DNA from: an uncultured Bacteroidales bacterium
GTDB taxonomy: Bacteria; Bacteroidota; Bacteroidia; Bacteroidales; UBA3824
Reading direction: 5' to 3'
NCBI GenBank assembly: GCA_946409405.1
Contig: CAMJWL010000001.1
Coordinates: 310-64,309, forward strand
DNA: 64,000 nt
Of this stretch, positions 33,733-43,998 are shown in pieces. Below the pieces are notes generated by a model. That model did no database searches, was not told the DNA's origin, and worked only from the letters and a program-made list of their open reading frames with translations. A program made the position numbers and the translations under genes. The number at the start of each line of letters is the position of its first letter. Within the stretch, counting starts at the first letter, position 1.

Positions 33733-34815
33733 TCAATACTTTTTTTCAATCATTACATTTTTATAGTAATAACGCAAAATTTCGTCGTATTTGTACCCCT
33801 TGCTTGCCATTACCGCCGCGCCAATCTGACACATTCCCACGCCGTGTCCCCAGCCCGCGCCGTGCAGGACAAATGTGCCGTTGGAGGTTTTCTCCACGTC
33901 AAACCACGAACTATACAAATGCGTCTGGCTTAGTATGCGCCTGATTTCCAACTCTTTGCCGAAAATTTTCGTGCATTTTGTGCCTACAATTTTCAGGCGC
34001 GTGATTCTACCTGATGCGCCGCGTTCAAGTGGCACGATGTCGATGATTTCGCCGAAGTCGATGCCTGTTTTTGTCTTCAACAATTCTTGCAAAACGCTCT
34101 GACTTAGCGTCTTGGTCCAACGATAAAAATCTTTCGACTGTTGGTCGTAATCGTTGAGTATAGTCTTCAACAATGCCGCGTCGTCTGTATTGCAGTAAGG
34201 ACATTCCACGGATTCGAGGTAATTGTAATGCACTGGCTGCCAACAGTTTTCAAAAGTTTCCGTCTTGCCGCCGCAACTCTTGGAAAACCTTGCGTCGCAC
34301 ACTTCGCCGTTGTACGTGAGGAACAGCCCGCGAGTATCCTCGATGGCGCGTTGCACGTTTGGATTGTAACTTTTGGTGATGCCTTGATAGCGTTGGCAAT
34401 GGTCGTCGGCGCATACGTCAAAGAGGTTGTGAGCCTCGCGGTCGTACCACGTGCAGATTTCGTCGTTGGTGATAACGGGTTTACCATCAGGCTTTTTGCC
34501 CTGGATTTGCGCCATCAGCCAACTCCGCGAAATTATAGCGTGTGCTTTCAAAAGTTCTATGGGGCAATCGCCGCTCATCTCAGAGCTGATGACGCTCGTG
34601 ATGTATTTTTCGAGTGGTATATGGTTGATTAACAATACCTTGCTTCCGACTACCTTAACGGAAAACGTGCCGTTGAAACGTTGCCTTTCGCGCTTGTTCC
34701 AATGGAATTGCTTGCCTATTTCCACGTCTGCAATCTCGATGTTTCCGTCCGCCGTTGGGCAAAAATTCAGTTCGTCAAACTCCCCGATGCCAACATTTAT
34801 GATTGGTTCTTCCAT
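33733..34815 (-). CDS. SpoIID/LytB domain protein (peptidoglycan remodelling)
   Basis: AHAIISRSW, CADDHCQRYQG, and GAGWGHGVGMCQIGAAVMASKGYKYDEILRYYY. Confidence 0.9.
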   Translation of the reverse strand: MEEPIINVGIGEFDELNFCPTADGNIEIADVEIGKQFHWNKRERQRFNGTFSVKVVGSKVLLINHIPLEKYITSVISSEMSGDCPIELLKAHAIISRSWLMAQIQGKKPDGKPVITNDEICTWYDREAHNLFDVCADDHCQRYQGITKSYNPNVQRAIEDTRGLFLTYNGEVCDARFSKSCGGKTETFENCWQPVHYNYLESVECPYCNTDDAALLKTILNDYDQQSKDFYRWTKTLSQSVLQELLKTKTGIDFGEIIDIVPLERGASGRITRLKIVGTKCTKIFGKELEIRRILSQTHLYSSWFDVEKTSNGTFVLHGAGWGHGVGMCQIGAAVMASKGYKYDEILRYYYKNVMIEKKY

Positions 34816-34832
34816 GATGCTTTTCGTAGTTG

Positions 34833-35876
34833 TTAACTATTCGTCAGTGTCTGTTGATTGAGCGACGGCTGCAACGACATTATTGCGCCGTCGTCCATTG
34901 CGATGTTGGTGCCGTCTTCGGGTTTGTTTATGCTGCCGATTACCTTGAAAAAATCGTTGTCCTTGATTTTTTCGTAGGTGTTGAGCGGTATCGTGAACAG
35001 GAGTTCGTAGTCTTCGCCGCCGTTGAGGGCTGCCACGATGGGCGCGATGTTAAATTCCTTCGCCATCTTTTCGGTGTCGGGGGCAATTGGTACGCGCTCC
35101 TCAAAAATCTCGCAACCTGCATTGCTTGCGCGGCAGATGTTGATGATTTCGCTCGCCAGACCGCTCGATACGGCTATCATTGAGGTCGGCTTTATCTGTT
35201 TGGTTTTGAGATATTTGAGAACTTCTGCCTGCAATTCGGGCTTCAACTGTCGGCGGAGGATGTACTCGTAGCCTTGGAGTTTTGGCTGCGTGGAGGGTGC
35301 TGCGTTGAAGATAGATTTTTCACGCTCCAATAGTTGCAGACCCATGTATGCCGCTCCGAGGTCGCCGGTAACGCAAAGAAGGTCTGTTGGTTTTGCACCG
35401 CTGCGCATTACGATGTCGCTTTCGTCGGCGCGACCGATTGTGGTGGCTGATACGGTGATGCCGGTGCGCGAGGTTGTGATGTCGCCGCCGATGAGGTCGA
35501 TGGAGTATTCGTCGCAAGCCGCGTGTACGCCGTCATAAAATTCGAGGATGTGCTGCTGCATCACCTTGTTGCTCACGGCGAGGGCAATTGTCATCTGTAT
35601 CGGCGTGGCGTTCATAGCGACAATCTTGGTTGCCGCCGCCACTACTACCTTGTAGCCCAAGTGTTTGAGCGGTGTGTATGTCAAGTCGAAGTGAATCCCT
35701 TCGGCAAAAATAGAGGTGCTTACGAGGGTGCTCTCGCCGCCGTCGTAATGAGCAATCGCAGCATCGTCGCCGATGCCGTGTTCGGTCTCCAAATGCGTCA
35801 GGCTGACGTTTGCCTTGATTTTTTCTATCAGCCCCGCCTTGCCGTTGGGGATGGATGTCTGTTCGTTTTCTGTCAT
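34833..35876 (-). CDS. thiL: AIR-synthase-related / thiamine-monophosphate kinase (ThiL)-like protein
   Basis: GIGDDAAI near the N-terminus and GGDITTS in the PurM-like fold. Start taken at ATG 35876 (MTENEQ). Confidence 0.75.
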   Translation of the reverse strand: MTENEQTSIPNGKAGLIEKIKANVSLTHLETEHGIGDDAAIAHYDGGESTLVSTSIFAEGIHFDLTYTPLKHLGYKVVVAAATKIVAMNATPIQMTIALAVSNKVMQQHILEFYDGVHAACDEYSIDLIGGDITTSRTGITVSATTIGRADESDIVMRSGAKPTDLLCVTGDLGAAYMGLQLLEREKSIFNAAPSTQPKLQGYEYILRRQLKPELQAEVLKYLKTKQIKPTSMIAVSSGLASEIINICRASNAGCEIFEERVPIAPDTEKMAKEFNIAPIVAALNGGEDYELLFTIPLNTYEKIKDNDFFKVIGSINKPEDGTNIAMDDGAIMSLQPSLNQQTLTNS

Positions 35877-35966
35877 AATAAATTTAATGAAAAATTCATT
35901 TGCAAAATTAACAAATTTTTGTTTCTTTTGCAATCTAAAATATATATAAAAAAACTAAATTGCGAG

Positions 35967-36431
35967 ATGATGGCAAAAACTTTAATGTTGGTTTTTATGA
36001 CACTGATATTCAGTACGTTGACGGTGGAGGCTCAGCGTGTGGTCTTCGACATCGACGAACTCGGCATATTCCCAGACAGCGAGGGCAATGCTCCGGCTAA
36101 TGCGAGCGTCAACTGCGACCCCGCGTTGAAGAGCATCGGGAGCGGTCTTATTGAGGCTGGCAAAAAGCGTCAGTCGTATGGATACAGTGTGCAGATATTC
36201 TTTGAGTCGGGTGTTGACGCGCAGACGAAGGCGGAGAACGTCGCAAAAAAGTTCAAAAACGACACCAAGAGCAACGAGGAGGCATACGTGTTCTACGAGG
36301 CACCTTACTTTAAGGTTCGTGCTGGCGACTGTCGCTCGCGTTTGGAAGCCACGAGACTCAAAAAAAACATCGAGGCGCAGTTCCCGGGATGTTTTATCAT
36401 AGAATGTAAGATTTCTTATCCACAATTATAA
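35967..36431 (+). CDS. SPOR domain protein (peptidoglycan-binding), exported
   Basis: Signal peptide MMAKTLMLVFMTLIFSTLTVEAQ. C-terminal SPOR pattern: YSVQIFFESG...AYVFYEAPYFKVRAGDCRSRLEATRLKKNI. Confidence 0.75.
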   Translation: MMAKTLMLVFMTLIFSTLTVEAQRVVFDIDELGIFPDSEGNAPANASVNCDPALKSIGSGLIEAGKKRQSYGYSVQIFFESGVDAQTKAENVAKKFKNDTKSNEEAYVFYEAPYFKVRAGDCRSRLEATRLKKNIEAQFPGCFIIECKISYPQL

Positions 36432-36475
36432 TAGAATAGGTTTTTTGTTGTACTTTTGCAAAAACTATTTTAGAA

Positions 36476-37318
36476 ATGTCAAAAGGGAAAAAAGAGCGCA
36501 TAGACTACAAGGTAATCATCTACGACGACAATAAACTCATGGAGTTGTCGTCGTTTAGGGTTACGTCGGTAAGTATCATTGCCTACGTGGGTTTGGCTGT
36601 GATAGTGATAGCCGCCATTGTAGCAGTGCTGTTTATATATACGCCGCTCAATTCGATGCTGCCGAGGATGTCCGAAAAACGTTTTCGCAACGAGTTGGAG
36701 AGCATGGCGTTCCGTATCGACAGTCTCGAAAGGGTGATTGTGGACAGGGATGTGTATTTTAAGACCATATCCGACGTGTTGTCGGCAAACATCGACACCG
36801 AGGCTTCGGAAGAAGGCACGGAGATAGAGCGTCAGAAGATAGACTTTGCCCGCAACAAGCACGACTCCATACTCCGCTCCCTTATAGAGGAGGAGGAAAA
36901 ACGCACCCTCGCTGCCATCAGTGGCAACGACCGCGAAAACAACCTCAAAAAACTCATGTTTTTTATGCCTGCAAAGGGTACGTTGGTGGCGGGTTTTGAT
37001 GTGTCTGCGCGGCATTTTGGCATCGATATTGCGACCAAAGGCGACGAACCGGTACTTGCCACGCTGCCCGGCACGGTGGTGTCGGCATCGTGGAACGTGG
37101 AGACCGGCAACGTCATACAAATACAGCACGACAACAACATCATCTCCATATACAAGCATTGCTCGGTGATGCACAAGGGCGTGGGCGACAAGGTGGAGGC
37201 TGGCGAGCCTATTGCCATCGTGGGCAATTCGGGCGAATACACCTCGGGACCGCACCTGCACTTTGAACTATGGCACGACCGAGTGCCGGTGAATCCCGAA
37301 TTGTACATTCCGTTTTAA
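36476..37318 (+). CDS. M23 family metallopeptidase
   Basis: N-terminal TM anchor, HFGIDI, and the active-site region GNSGEYTSGPHLHFELW. Confidence 0.9.
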   Translation: MSKGKKERIDYKVIIYDDNKLMELSSFRVTSVSIIAYVGLAVIVIAAIVAVLFIYTPLNSMLPRMSEKRFRNELESMAFRIDSLERVIVDRDVYFKTISDVLSANIDTEASEEGTEIERQKIDFARNKHDSILRSLIEEEEKRTLAAISGNDRENNLKKLMFFMPAKGTLVAGFDVSARHFGIDIATKGDEPVLATLPGTVVSASWNVETGNVIQIQHDNNIISIYKHCSVMHKGVGDKVEAGEPIAIVGNSGEYTSGPHLHFELWHDRVPVNPELYIPF

Positions 37319-37364
37319 TCGGCACTACGGAGATGCGTTGATAACTATAAGATAATCAGACAAC

Positions 37365-38528
37365 ATGGACAAAATAAGACATATTGCCATATTGGGTTCT
37401 ACGGGCAGTATAGGAACGCAGACATTGGACGTTATCGAGCGCAATCCGCAGAGATTTGCAGCCGAAGTCCTTACTGCTGGCAGCAATTGGGAGTTGCTTG
37501 TACAGCAGGCCGTTAAGTTTCAACCCAATGCCGTAGTGATAGCCGATGAGACCAAGTACGCGCAGACACGCGACGCCTTGAAGGATTATCCAATCAAGGT
37601 GTTTGCGGGGACGGACGCAATCTCGCAGGTGATGGAATTTGAGAGCATAGACATCGTGGTAGCGGCGTTGGTTGGCTACGCGGGTCTGTTGCCCACCATC
37701 AACGCCATCCGTCACGGCAAGGCTATCGCCCTCGCCAACAAGGAGACTCTCGTAGCCGCTGGAAGCATCGTAACGGCTGAGGCTGTGAAGAATCGTGTGC
37801 CTATCTTGCCTGTCGATAGCGAACATTCTGCTATATTCCAATCGTTGATAGGCGAGCAGGGCGACATCGAGAAAATACTGCTCACGGCGTCCGGCGGACC
37901 TTTCCGTGGGATGTCGAAGGAGAATCTGAGCACTGTTACCAAAGAGGCCGCCCTTCATCATCCTAATTGGAACATGGGCGCGAAGGTAACGATAGACTCG
38001 GCGTCGATGATGAACAAGGGTCTCGAAACCATAGAGGCAATGCACCTGTTTCAAGTGCCGATAGACAAAATCGAAGTTCTTATCCATCCGCAGAGCATCA
38101 TACATTCGGGCGTTCAGTTTGTGGACGGCTCGGTGAAGGTGCAGATGGGAATGCCCGATATGCGGTTGCCCATACAGTTTGCGATAGGCTATCCCGACCG
38201 TTTGGCGAGCGATTTTCCACGTGTGGACTTCTTCTCGCTGCCGCACGGGTTGACCTTTGAAAAGCCCGACTTGCAGACCTTCCGCAACCTTGCAATCGCG
38301 ATGGATTCTGCCCGCAAGGGTGGCAATGCGCCTTGCGCCATGAACGCCGCAAACGAGGTGGCGGTCAAAAGGTTTTTGCAGGACAAGATAGGCTTCTTGC
38401 AGATGTCGGATTTGATAGAGGATGTTATAGCCAAGACGCCCTTTGTCGCAAGTCCGACCCTCGACGACATTATCGAGACGCACAAGGAGGCTACAAAGAT
38501 AGCGGAGGCTTCCGCAGAAAATTATTAA
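37365..38528 (+). CDS. dxr: 1-deoxy-D-xylulose-5-phosphate reductoisomerase
   Basis: ILGSTGSIGTQTLDV, LANKETLV, PVDSEHSAIFQ, HPNWNMGAKVTIDSASMMNKGLE. Confidence 0.97.
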   Translation: MDKIRHIAILGSTGSIGTQTLDVIERNPQRFAAEVLTAGSNWELLVQQAVKFQPNAVVIADETKYAQTRDALKDYPIKVFAGTDAISQVMEFESIDIVVAALVGYAGLLPTINAIRHGKAIALANKETLVAAGSIVTAEAVKNRVPILPVDSEHSAIFQSLIGEQGDIEKILLTASGGPFRGMSKENLSTVTKEAALHHPNWNMGAKVTIDSASMMNKGLETIEAMHLFQVPIDKIEVLIHPQSIIHSGVQFVDGSVKVQMGMPDMRLPIQFAIGYPDRLASDFPRVDFFSLPHGLTFEKPDLQTFRNLAIAMDSARKGGNAPCAMNAANEVAVKRFLQDKIGFLQMSDLIEDVIAKTPFVASPTLDDIIETHKEATKIAEASAENY

Positions 38529-38552
38529 TAACACCTAAATAATGAAAAAGAG

Positions 38553-39932
38553 ATGATGGAACGTCAGATTACTTCAAAAAAGTCGATTGCCTACGTAATC
38601 GTGGTGGTATTGGATATGATAATGCTCCTTCTGTTGTTTTTGGGGCTAACCCATTTCTTCCCGAAGATTGGCGATTTTGACTACGCGACATGGTGGTGGT
38701 TTGGCTCTTATTGGGTTGCCACACTAATGCTGCCGCCGCTGGCATACCGGCGTGTGGCGCAGATGGATTTGGTAATGCTCAGGAGTTCTAAGACCGCATT
38801 GCTGATGGGGTTGCTGTACTTCTTTTTTAATAGGACTATTGCCGACATGCTGTTTTCGTGGGGCATGGTGTTGACATTTGCTCTTTTGCTGCTGACGCTC
38901 ATAGTGTCGAGGATTTTGGGGTCGTGGATTGTGGCGACGTTGCGCCGTCGCGGCATCGACAACTGCGAGGTGGTGTTTGCCGGCGCAGGTGTGAATCTCG
39001 GCAAACTCTACGAGGCAATGTCCGACAAGCGCATCGGCTATCATATCCACGGATATTTTGAAAACAAGGAGTCGCGCAACCTTGGCGACAAACTTCCGCG
39101 CCTCGGCGATGTGAAGGACACCGTGGATTATCTTAAAAAACACAAGGTGGATATGCTTGTCTGCAATATCGGTACCGACCGAGAGACCGAGATTATGCCG
39201 ATAATGGAGTATTGCGAAAACAATTTTATCAAGTATTACACTGTACCAAACGTTTACAACTACCTCAGACGTTCCATGATTATGGAGTTTGTGGGCGAGA
39301 TGCCGGTGTTGGCAATCCGCAACGAGCCGCTCCGCCGTCCGTGGAATCGGTTTCGTAAACGCGCTTTTGATATTGTATGTTCTGGATTTGGACTTTTGTG
39401 CTTGTCGATACCTTTTGCAGTGGTTGCCATCGTTATCAAACTCAAATCGCCGGGTCCCGTATTATTTAAGCAGAAGCGCGGTGGGCAGGACGGCAAGGAG
39501 TTCATTTGTTATAAATTTCGCAGTATGCACGTGAACGACGAAGCAGACACCAAGCAGGCCACCGAGGACGACCCGCGCAAATATCCGTTTGGCAACTGGA
39601 TGCGCAAGCACAATGTGGATGAGTTGCCGCAGTTGATTAACGTATTCAAGGGCGACATGAGCCTTGTGGGGCCGCGTCCGCACATGCACATGCACGACGA
39701 GTATTACGGCAATGCCATCAAAGGCTATTCTGTAAGGCGTTGGGTGAAGCCGGGCATCACGGGATGGGCGCAGGTAAATGGTTATCGCGGCGAAACCAAG
39801 GAAATGTGGCAGATGGAGGAGCGCGTGGTTCGCGACATCTGGTATCTCGAAAACTGGTCGTTCTTCCTCGACATCCGCATCATCTTCAAGACCATATTTA
39901 ATACGTTGCGTGGAGAGAAGGAGGCGTATTGA
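38553..39932 (+). CDS. polyprenyl-phosphate hexose-1-phosphate transferase (WbaP/WcaJ-type bacterial sugar transferase)
   Basis: N-terminal TM bundle. C-terminal motifs: KRAFDIV...SPGPVLFKQKRGGQDGKEFICYKFRSM...DELPQLINVFKGDMSLVGPRP. Confidence 0.9.
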   Translation: MMERQITSKKSIAYVIVVVLDMIMLLLLFLGLTHFFPKIGDFDYATWWWFGSYWVATLMLPPLAYRRVAQMDLVMLRSSKTALLMGLLYFFFNRTIADMLFSWGMVLTFALLLLTLIVSRILGSWIVATLRRRGIDNCEVVFAGAGVNLGKLYEAMSDKRIGYHIHGYFENKESRNLGDKLPRLGDVKDTVDYLKKHKVDMLVCNIGTDRETEIMPIMEYCENNFIKYYTVPNVYNYLRRSMIMEFVGEMPVLAIRNEPLRRPWNRFRKRAFDIVCSGFGLLCLSIPFAVVAIVIKLKSPGPVLFKQKRGGQDGKEFICYKFRSMHVNDEADTKQATEDDPRKYPFGNWMRKHNVDELPQLINVFKGDMSLVGPRPHMHMHDEYYGNAIKGYSVRRWVKPGITGWAQVNGYRGETKEMWQMEERVVRDIWYLENWSFFLDIRIIFKTIFNTLRGEKEAY

Positions 39933-41389
39933 TGTTTTTCTCCAAAATACTCACAGCCAAACAGATGCACTCTCTCGATGCCGCTATCATCGACCGAGAA
40001 GGCATTACCACACAGCAACTTATAGAACGTGCTGCGCAAAATCTCTCTGTGCGAATCATGCAGCGATTCCCCGACACCAAAAGGCGTTTTATGATTTTTT
40101 GCGGCGGGGGCAACAATGGTGGCGACGGTCTTGCCATCTCGCGCATCATGTACGCAAAAGGTTACGACGTGGAGTGTTTTGAATTGAAATCAGGCTTTGA
40201 GATTCCTCTGTTTAAGGCGTCGGACATTATAATTGATGCAATTTTTGGGTCGGGACTCAACCGCCCTATTGAGGGTTTTGCCGCCGAGGTGGTCAAAGCC
40301 ATCAATAATAGCGGCTGTTATGTGATTTCTATTGATATTCCTTCGGGTTTGAAGGACGATGCCATTGCGTCCGATGCAGATGGTGCGGTGGTCAAGGCAG
40401 ATTTGACGTTGACCATTGAGAGTCCGTTTCTTTCGCTATTGATGCCCGAAAATTACGATTATGTAGGTGAATTTGAGATAGTGCCGCTTGCTGTTGACGA
40501 CAGCGAGATGGCGTATTTTGATACAGATTATCATTATGTAACGTTGTCGGACGCAAAAAAAATGTACCGTCCGCGTGGAAAATTTGCGCACAAAGGCACT
40601 TTTGGACACACATTGATAATGGCGGGAGCAGAAGGCAAGGCGGGAGCGGCGGTGATGTGCGCCAAGGCTTGTCATCGCGCTGGGTCGGGATTGGTAACCG
40701 AATGGGCACCATCTCCTGTTGCCAACATTATGCAAGTATCATCGCCTGAAACTATGGTGGAAACTATGTTAAAAAACCGTGGCGCGGCAGAATCTCTCTC
40801 GTTAGACAAGTTCAGTGCAATAGGCATTGGCCCGGGTATAGGAACAGATGATCTTGTTGTTGACAAGATTGTTGACTTATTGGGAGCGTCGCAGCAGACG
40901 CGCATTGTGCCTATTGTGCTTGATGCCGACGCGCTCAATATTACTGCGCGTCATCCTGCCGTTTACAATTACCTTCCGCCAAGCCAAACCATCTTCACGC
41001 CACACCCCAAGGAGTTTGAGCGGCTGTTTGGCAAGACAAACAATTCTATTGAACGCCTCGCGCTCCTCTCCCAAAAGGCAAAGGAACACAATATTATAAT
41101 AGTGTTGAAAGGTGCGCACACCGCCATCGCCGACCCTGACGGCAACATCTATTTTAATTCTACCGGCAATCCCGGCATGGCGACGGCTGGCAGTGGCGAT
41201 GTTTTGACTGGCGTAATTTCGGCGTTGCTGTCCCAAAAATATCCGCCCTTACATGCTGCAATACTTGGAGTTTTTGCACATGGATTGGCTGGCGACATTG
41301 CTGCGCAAAAGATTGGTATGCAGGGTGTTATCGCTTCGGATATAATTGACGCTCTGCCATTGGCGTTCAAAAAAATTGCGGAAAACTAA
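39932..41389 (+). CDS. nnr: bifunctional NAD(P)H-hydrate repair enzyme (epimerase/dehydratase)
   Basis: YjeF-N motif CGGGNNGGDGL and the C-terminal kinase-like GKAGAAVMCAKA...TAGSGDVLTG. The ATG at 39932 overlaps the upstream TGA; the track start at 39929 is a TTG. Confidence 0.9.
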   Translation: MFFSKILTAKQMHSLDAAIIDREGITTQQLIERAAQNLSVRIMQRFPDTKRRFMIFCGGGNNGGDGLAISRIMYAKGYDVECFELKSGFEIPLFKASDIIIDAIFGSGLNRPIEGFAAEVVKAINNSGCYVISIDIPSGLKDDAIASDADGAVVKADLTLTIESPFLSLLMPENYDYVGEFEIVPLAVDDSEMAYFDTDYHYVTLSDAKKMYRPRGKFAHKGTFGHTLIMAGAEGKAGAAVMCAKACHRAGSGLVTEWAPSPVANIMQVSSPETMVETMLKNRGAAESLSLDKFSAIGIGPGIGTDDLVVDKIVDLLGASQQTRIVPIVLDADALNITARHPAVYNYLPPSQTIFTPHPKEFERLFGKTNNSIERLALLSQKAKEHNIIIVLKGAHTAIADPDGNIYFNSTGNPGMATAGSGDVLTGVISALLSQKYPPLHAAILGVFAHGLAGDIAAQKIGMQGVIASDIIDALPLAFKKIAEN

Positions 41390-41461
41390 AAAAAAATTTG
41401 GTGGTAATTAAATTCTTTTGTAACTTGCCGCCAAATAAAATAACTTAAAATACGAAACAGA

Positions 41462-41896
41462 ATGAAAAAAATATCGATTTTGTTGGCAACGCTCGTTATT
41501 TTAGTGGCTTGCGTTGTAGTATCGTGCGGCGGTAGCAACGGCGGCAGCGACCCTGATGACCCTGTGGAACCCACAGCCAAATTTTTGACGGCGGATGCTT
41601 TCGCCAGGTCTTCGTGGAAGGGCGAGAAAAACGGCAAGGAATTGACGTTGGACGTTACAAGCAAAACTTCGATGACGTTGAAATATTACGAGAAAAAAAC
41701 TTTGTCGAAGAATACCGATCCCGAGCCTACCGAGCAGTTTGAGGAAAAGACTGTAAACATTACCTACTCTTTTGACGCGGCAAAAGGCGTTGCCACCGGT
41801 TCTGCCAACAATGTGGCTTACGTTGCAACGTTGACCTCGACTACGGCTATGGATTTCACGATGGGTTCAGAGACTTTGAAACTCACAAAGAAGTAA
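41462..41896 (+). CDS. lipoprotein, function unknown
   Basis: Signal peptide with LVACVVVSCGGS. Confidence 0.7.
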   Translation: MKKISILLATLVILVACVVVSCGGSNGGSDPDDPVEPTAKFLTADAFARSSWKGEKNGKELTLDVTSKTSMTLKYYEKKTLSKNTDPEPTEQFEEKTVNITYSFDAAKGVATGSANNVAYVATLTSTTAMDFTMGSETLKLTKK

Positions 41897-41921
41897 GACT
41901 TTTATTTTCCCCCTTTTTTTC

Positions 41922-41967
41922 AGATGTCCGGTTTTTTTATTTTTTTTTGCCGGGCATCTTTTTTTTT
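41922..41967 (+). terminator. rho-independent terminator (best on the plus strand) in a convergent gap
   Basis: 10-bp stem AGATGTCCGG / CCGGGCATCT (one G-U pair on plus-strand RNA), followed by T9. Confidence 0.55.
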
Positions 41968-43936
41968 ATTCTGCTTCGTCGTCATCTTCGTCGTCCTCAT
42001 CCTGCGTTATCACAATGCCAACAATGGAGATGTCGTCCACCTGTTCGAGGTTGCCTCGCCATGCTATGTGCTTGTTGTAGAGAAATTTTGCCATGTCGTC
42101 GGCGTTGTCCATTTTGGAGGCTTCTATTATGAGGTTGGCAAAATTGCGGCGGCCAAGTTTTTTGCCAAATTCGGAGCCAAATTGATCCGCGTATCCGTCG
42201 GAGCATACGAGAAGCAGGTCGCCGTCTTCGAGTTGCTGCCAATGGTCTTCAAACTGGAAATTTTCGGAGGGCGAGATGCCGCCAATCGACACCTTGTCTG
42301 GGTTGATGGTGGAGAGTTCGCCATTGCGCACGAGGTACAGCGGACGGTATGCGCCGGCATATTGTACGGTGGTGTTGCGCGAATTGATGATGCAGAACGA
42401 CATATCCATGCCGTCGATGCCGCCCACCTTGGACGACAGGCTGCTTACGGCTTCTTGCAGTTTGTCGTTGAGGTTCATAAGTATTGTTGAGGGCGGGTCT
42501 TCTATGCGACATTCTTGCAATATCTCGTCCAAAAACACCTTGCCCATCATCGAGACAAATGCACCTGGAACGCCATGTCCTTCGCAGTCGCAGAGAGCCA
42601 TGTATTTGCGCCCAAATTTTTCGCCCATCCAGAAGAAATCGCCAGACACTATGTCTTTGGGCAGGTTGATGAGGAAACTTTTCTTAAACCTCTGGCGGAG
42701 ATATGCCTGACCCGTCATCAGAGCCTGTTGTATGGTGGAGGCGTATTCTATGGATTTGGTAACGTCCTTGTTTTTGAGTTCTATTTCGTTGCGCTGCTTT
42801 ACGATTTCGAGTTCGGCTTTTTTGAGGGTTGTGATGTCGGTGTCAACGTCCACCACCTGCACTATTTTCCCCTTTTCGTCGAGGGTGGGTGTGAGGGTGG
42901 TCTGCACCCAAACTTCGTCGCCGTTTTTCTTGTTGTGAGGCAGGGTGAAGGTTACTGATTTTGCATTTTCATATACAAAGCGGAAAAATTCTACAGCATC
43001 TTTCTGCCTGAGCGCGTCGTTGTAATTGGCAGATTGGGCGGTGTATTCCTCCACGGTGTAGCCATACACTTTGGTGAACGAGTTGTTGAGCCACGTTACA
43101 TTGCCGCTGCCGTCGAGGAGCATCACGGCGTTGTCGGTGTTGCGGAGCGCGGTGGACATTTTCATGAGTTCGCTCTGACTTTTGCGGAGTTCGTTGAGCG
43201 TCTGTTCGAGTTCGAGGCGGTGGGCGATGTACTGTTTGTTTTGGCGTTCGGATGTCCTCGCCGTGCTAAAATTGACTATCGCCGTCTCCAGATACGCCAC
43301 GATGCTGCGCACGATGTTGGTGCGGTGTTCGTTGAAGTAGTATGGTTCGTGGTTGAAGATAGACAACACGCCAAAAATGATGTCGTCGTCGTAGAGCGGG
43401 ATGTATAGAGCCGAGCCGCTCACATTTTTGCTCACCTTGTATTTGCTGGTGTCGAGGTAACGCGCCACTTCCTTCTGGTAATCGTTGATTAATACAGTCT
43501 TGCCGTTGCGGAAGCAGTAGATGTTTACGTTGTTGCATACGTCGAGGTTGTAGCGGGCAAAGGGTATCGTCTCGCTCTCGATATTGAAGAAGGAGAAGTC
43601 GAGGCTGTTAAAGAGACCGTTGAGAATGCCGATGCCGATGGAGTCTGTGTGTATGAACTTGCGGATGGCATCGTAGGTGATGTTGTAGATTTCCTTTTGC
43701 TTTTTGTGCTTGATGATGCGCAGCCCCGACTGACTTAGCGCAAAGTATTCCTTGATGACGCGGTCGGTGTCTCCCTTGATTTTTTTTGTGGACTCCTGTG
43801 CCTTTTGGAGTTCGCGCCGGCAGTCGTCTATGGTCTTTCGATAACGCGCAATCTTCCTCCTGTAGCGGATGTGCATCACTACACATGCCGCCACAAATGC
43901 TGTAATCGCGATTATGGTTAATATCGTGTATTGCAT
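41966..43936 (-). CDS. TM-anchored GAF/PAS sensor with a PP2C/SpoIIE-type phosphatase domain
   Basis: N-terminal TM helix. PAS-like region: NAVMLLDGSGNVTWLNNSFTKVYGYT...GDEVWVQTTLTP. SpoIIE core: SGDFFWMGEKFGRKYMALCDCEGHGVPGAFVSMMG...SDGYADQ. The C-terminal tail is acidic. Confidence 0.9.
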   Translation of the reverse strand: MQYTILTIIAITAFVAACVVMHIRYRRKIARYRKTIDDCRRELQKAQESTKKIKGDTDRVIKEYFALSQSGLRIIKHKKQKEIYNITYDAIRKFIHTDSIGIGILNGLFNSLDFSFFNIESETIPFARYNLDVCNNVNIYCFRNGKTVLINDYQKEVARYLDTSKYKVSKNVSGSALYIPLYDDDIIFGVLSIFNHEPYYFNEHRTNIVRSIVAYLETAIVNFSTARTSERQNKQYIAHRLELEQTLNELRKSQSELMKMSTALRNTDNAVMLLDGSGNVTWLNNSFTKVYGYTVEEYTAQSANYNDALRQKDAVEFFRFVYENAKSVTFTLPHNKKNGDEVWVQTTLTPTLDEKGKIVQVVDVDTDITTLKKAELEIVKQRNEIELKNKDVTKSIEYASTIQQALMTGQAYLRQRFKKSFLINLPKDIVSGDFFWMGEKFGRKYMALCDCEGHGVPGAFVSMMGKVFLDEILQECRIEDPPSTILMNLNDKLQEAVSSLSSKVGGIDGMDMSFCIINSRNTTVQYAGAYRPLYLVRNGELSTINPDKVSIGGISPSENFQFEDHWQQLEDGDLLLVCSDGYADQFGSEFGKKLGRRNFANLIIEASKMDNADDMAKFLYNKHIAWRGNLEQVDDISIVGIVITQDEDDEDDDEAE

Positions 43937-43998
43937 GGCGCAGTTGTCTTCTTTTTTCGCGTGGCTAAATTAACAATTTTTTTTGTTTTTACGAACTT

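Noticed and set aside
36479-37261. 260-aa minus-strand ORF
   Set aside because: It is antisense to the M23 peptidase (HLHFELW active site on plus).
37356-38534. 392-aa minus-strand ORF
   Set aside because: It is a mirror ORF of dxr. The Dxr motifs (ILGSTGSIGTQTLDV, HPNWNMG) fix the plus strand.
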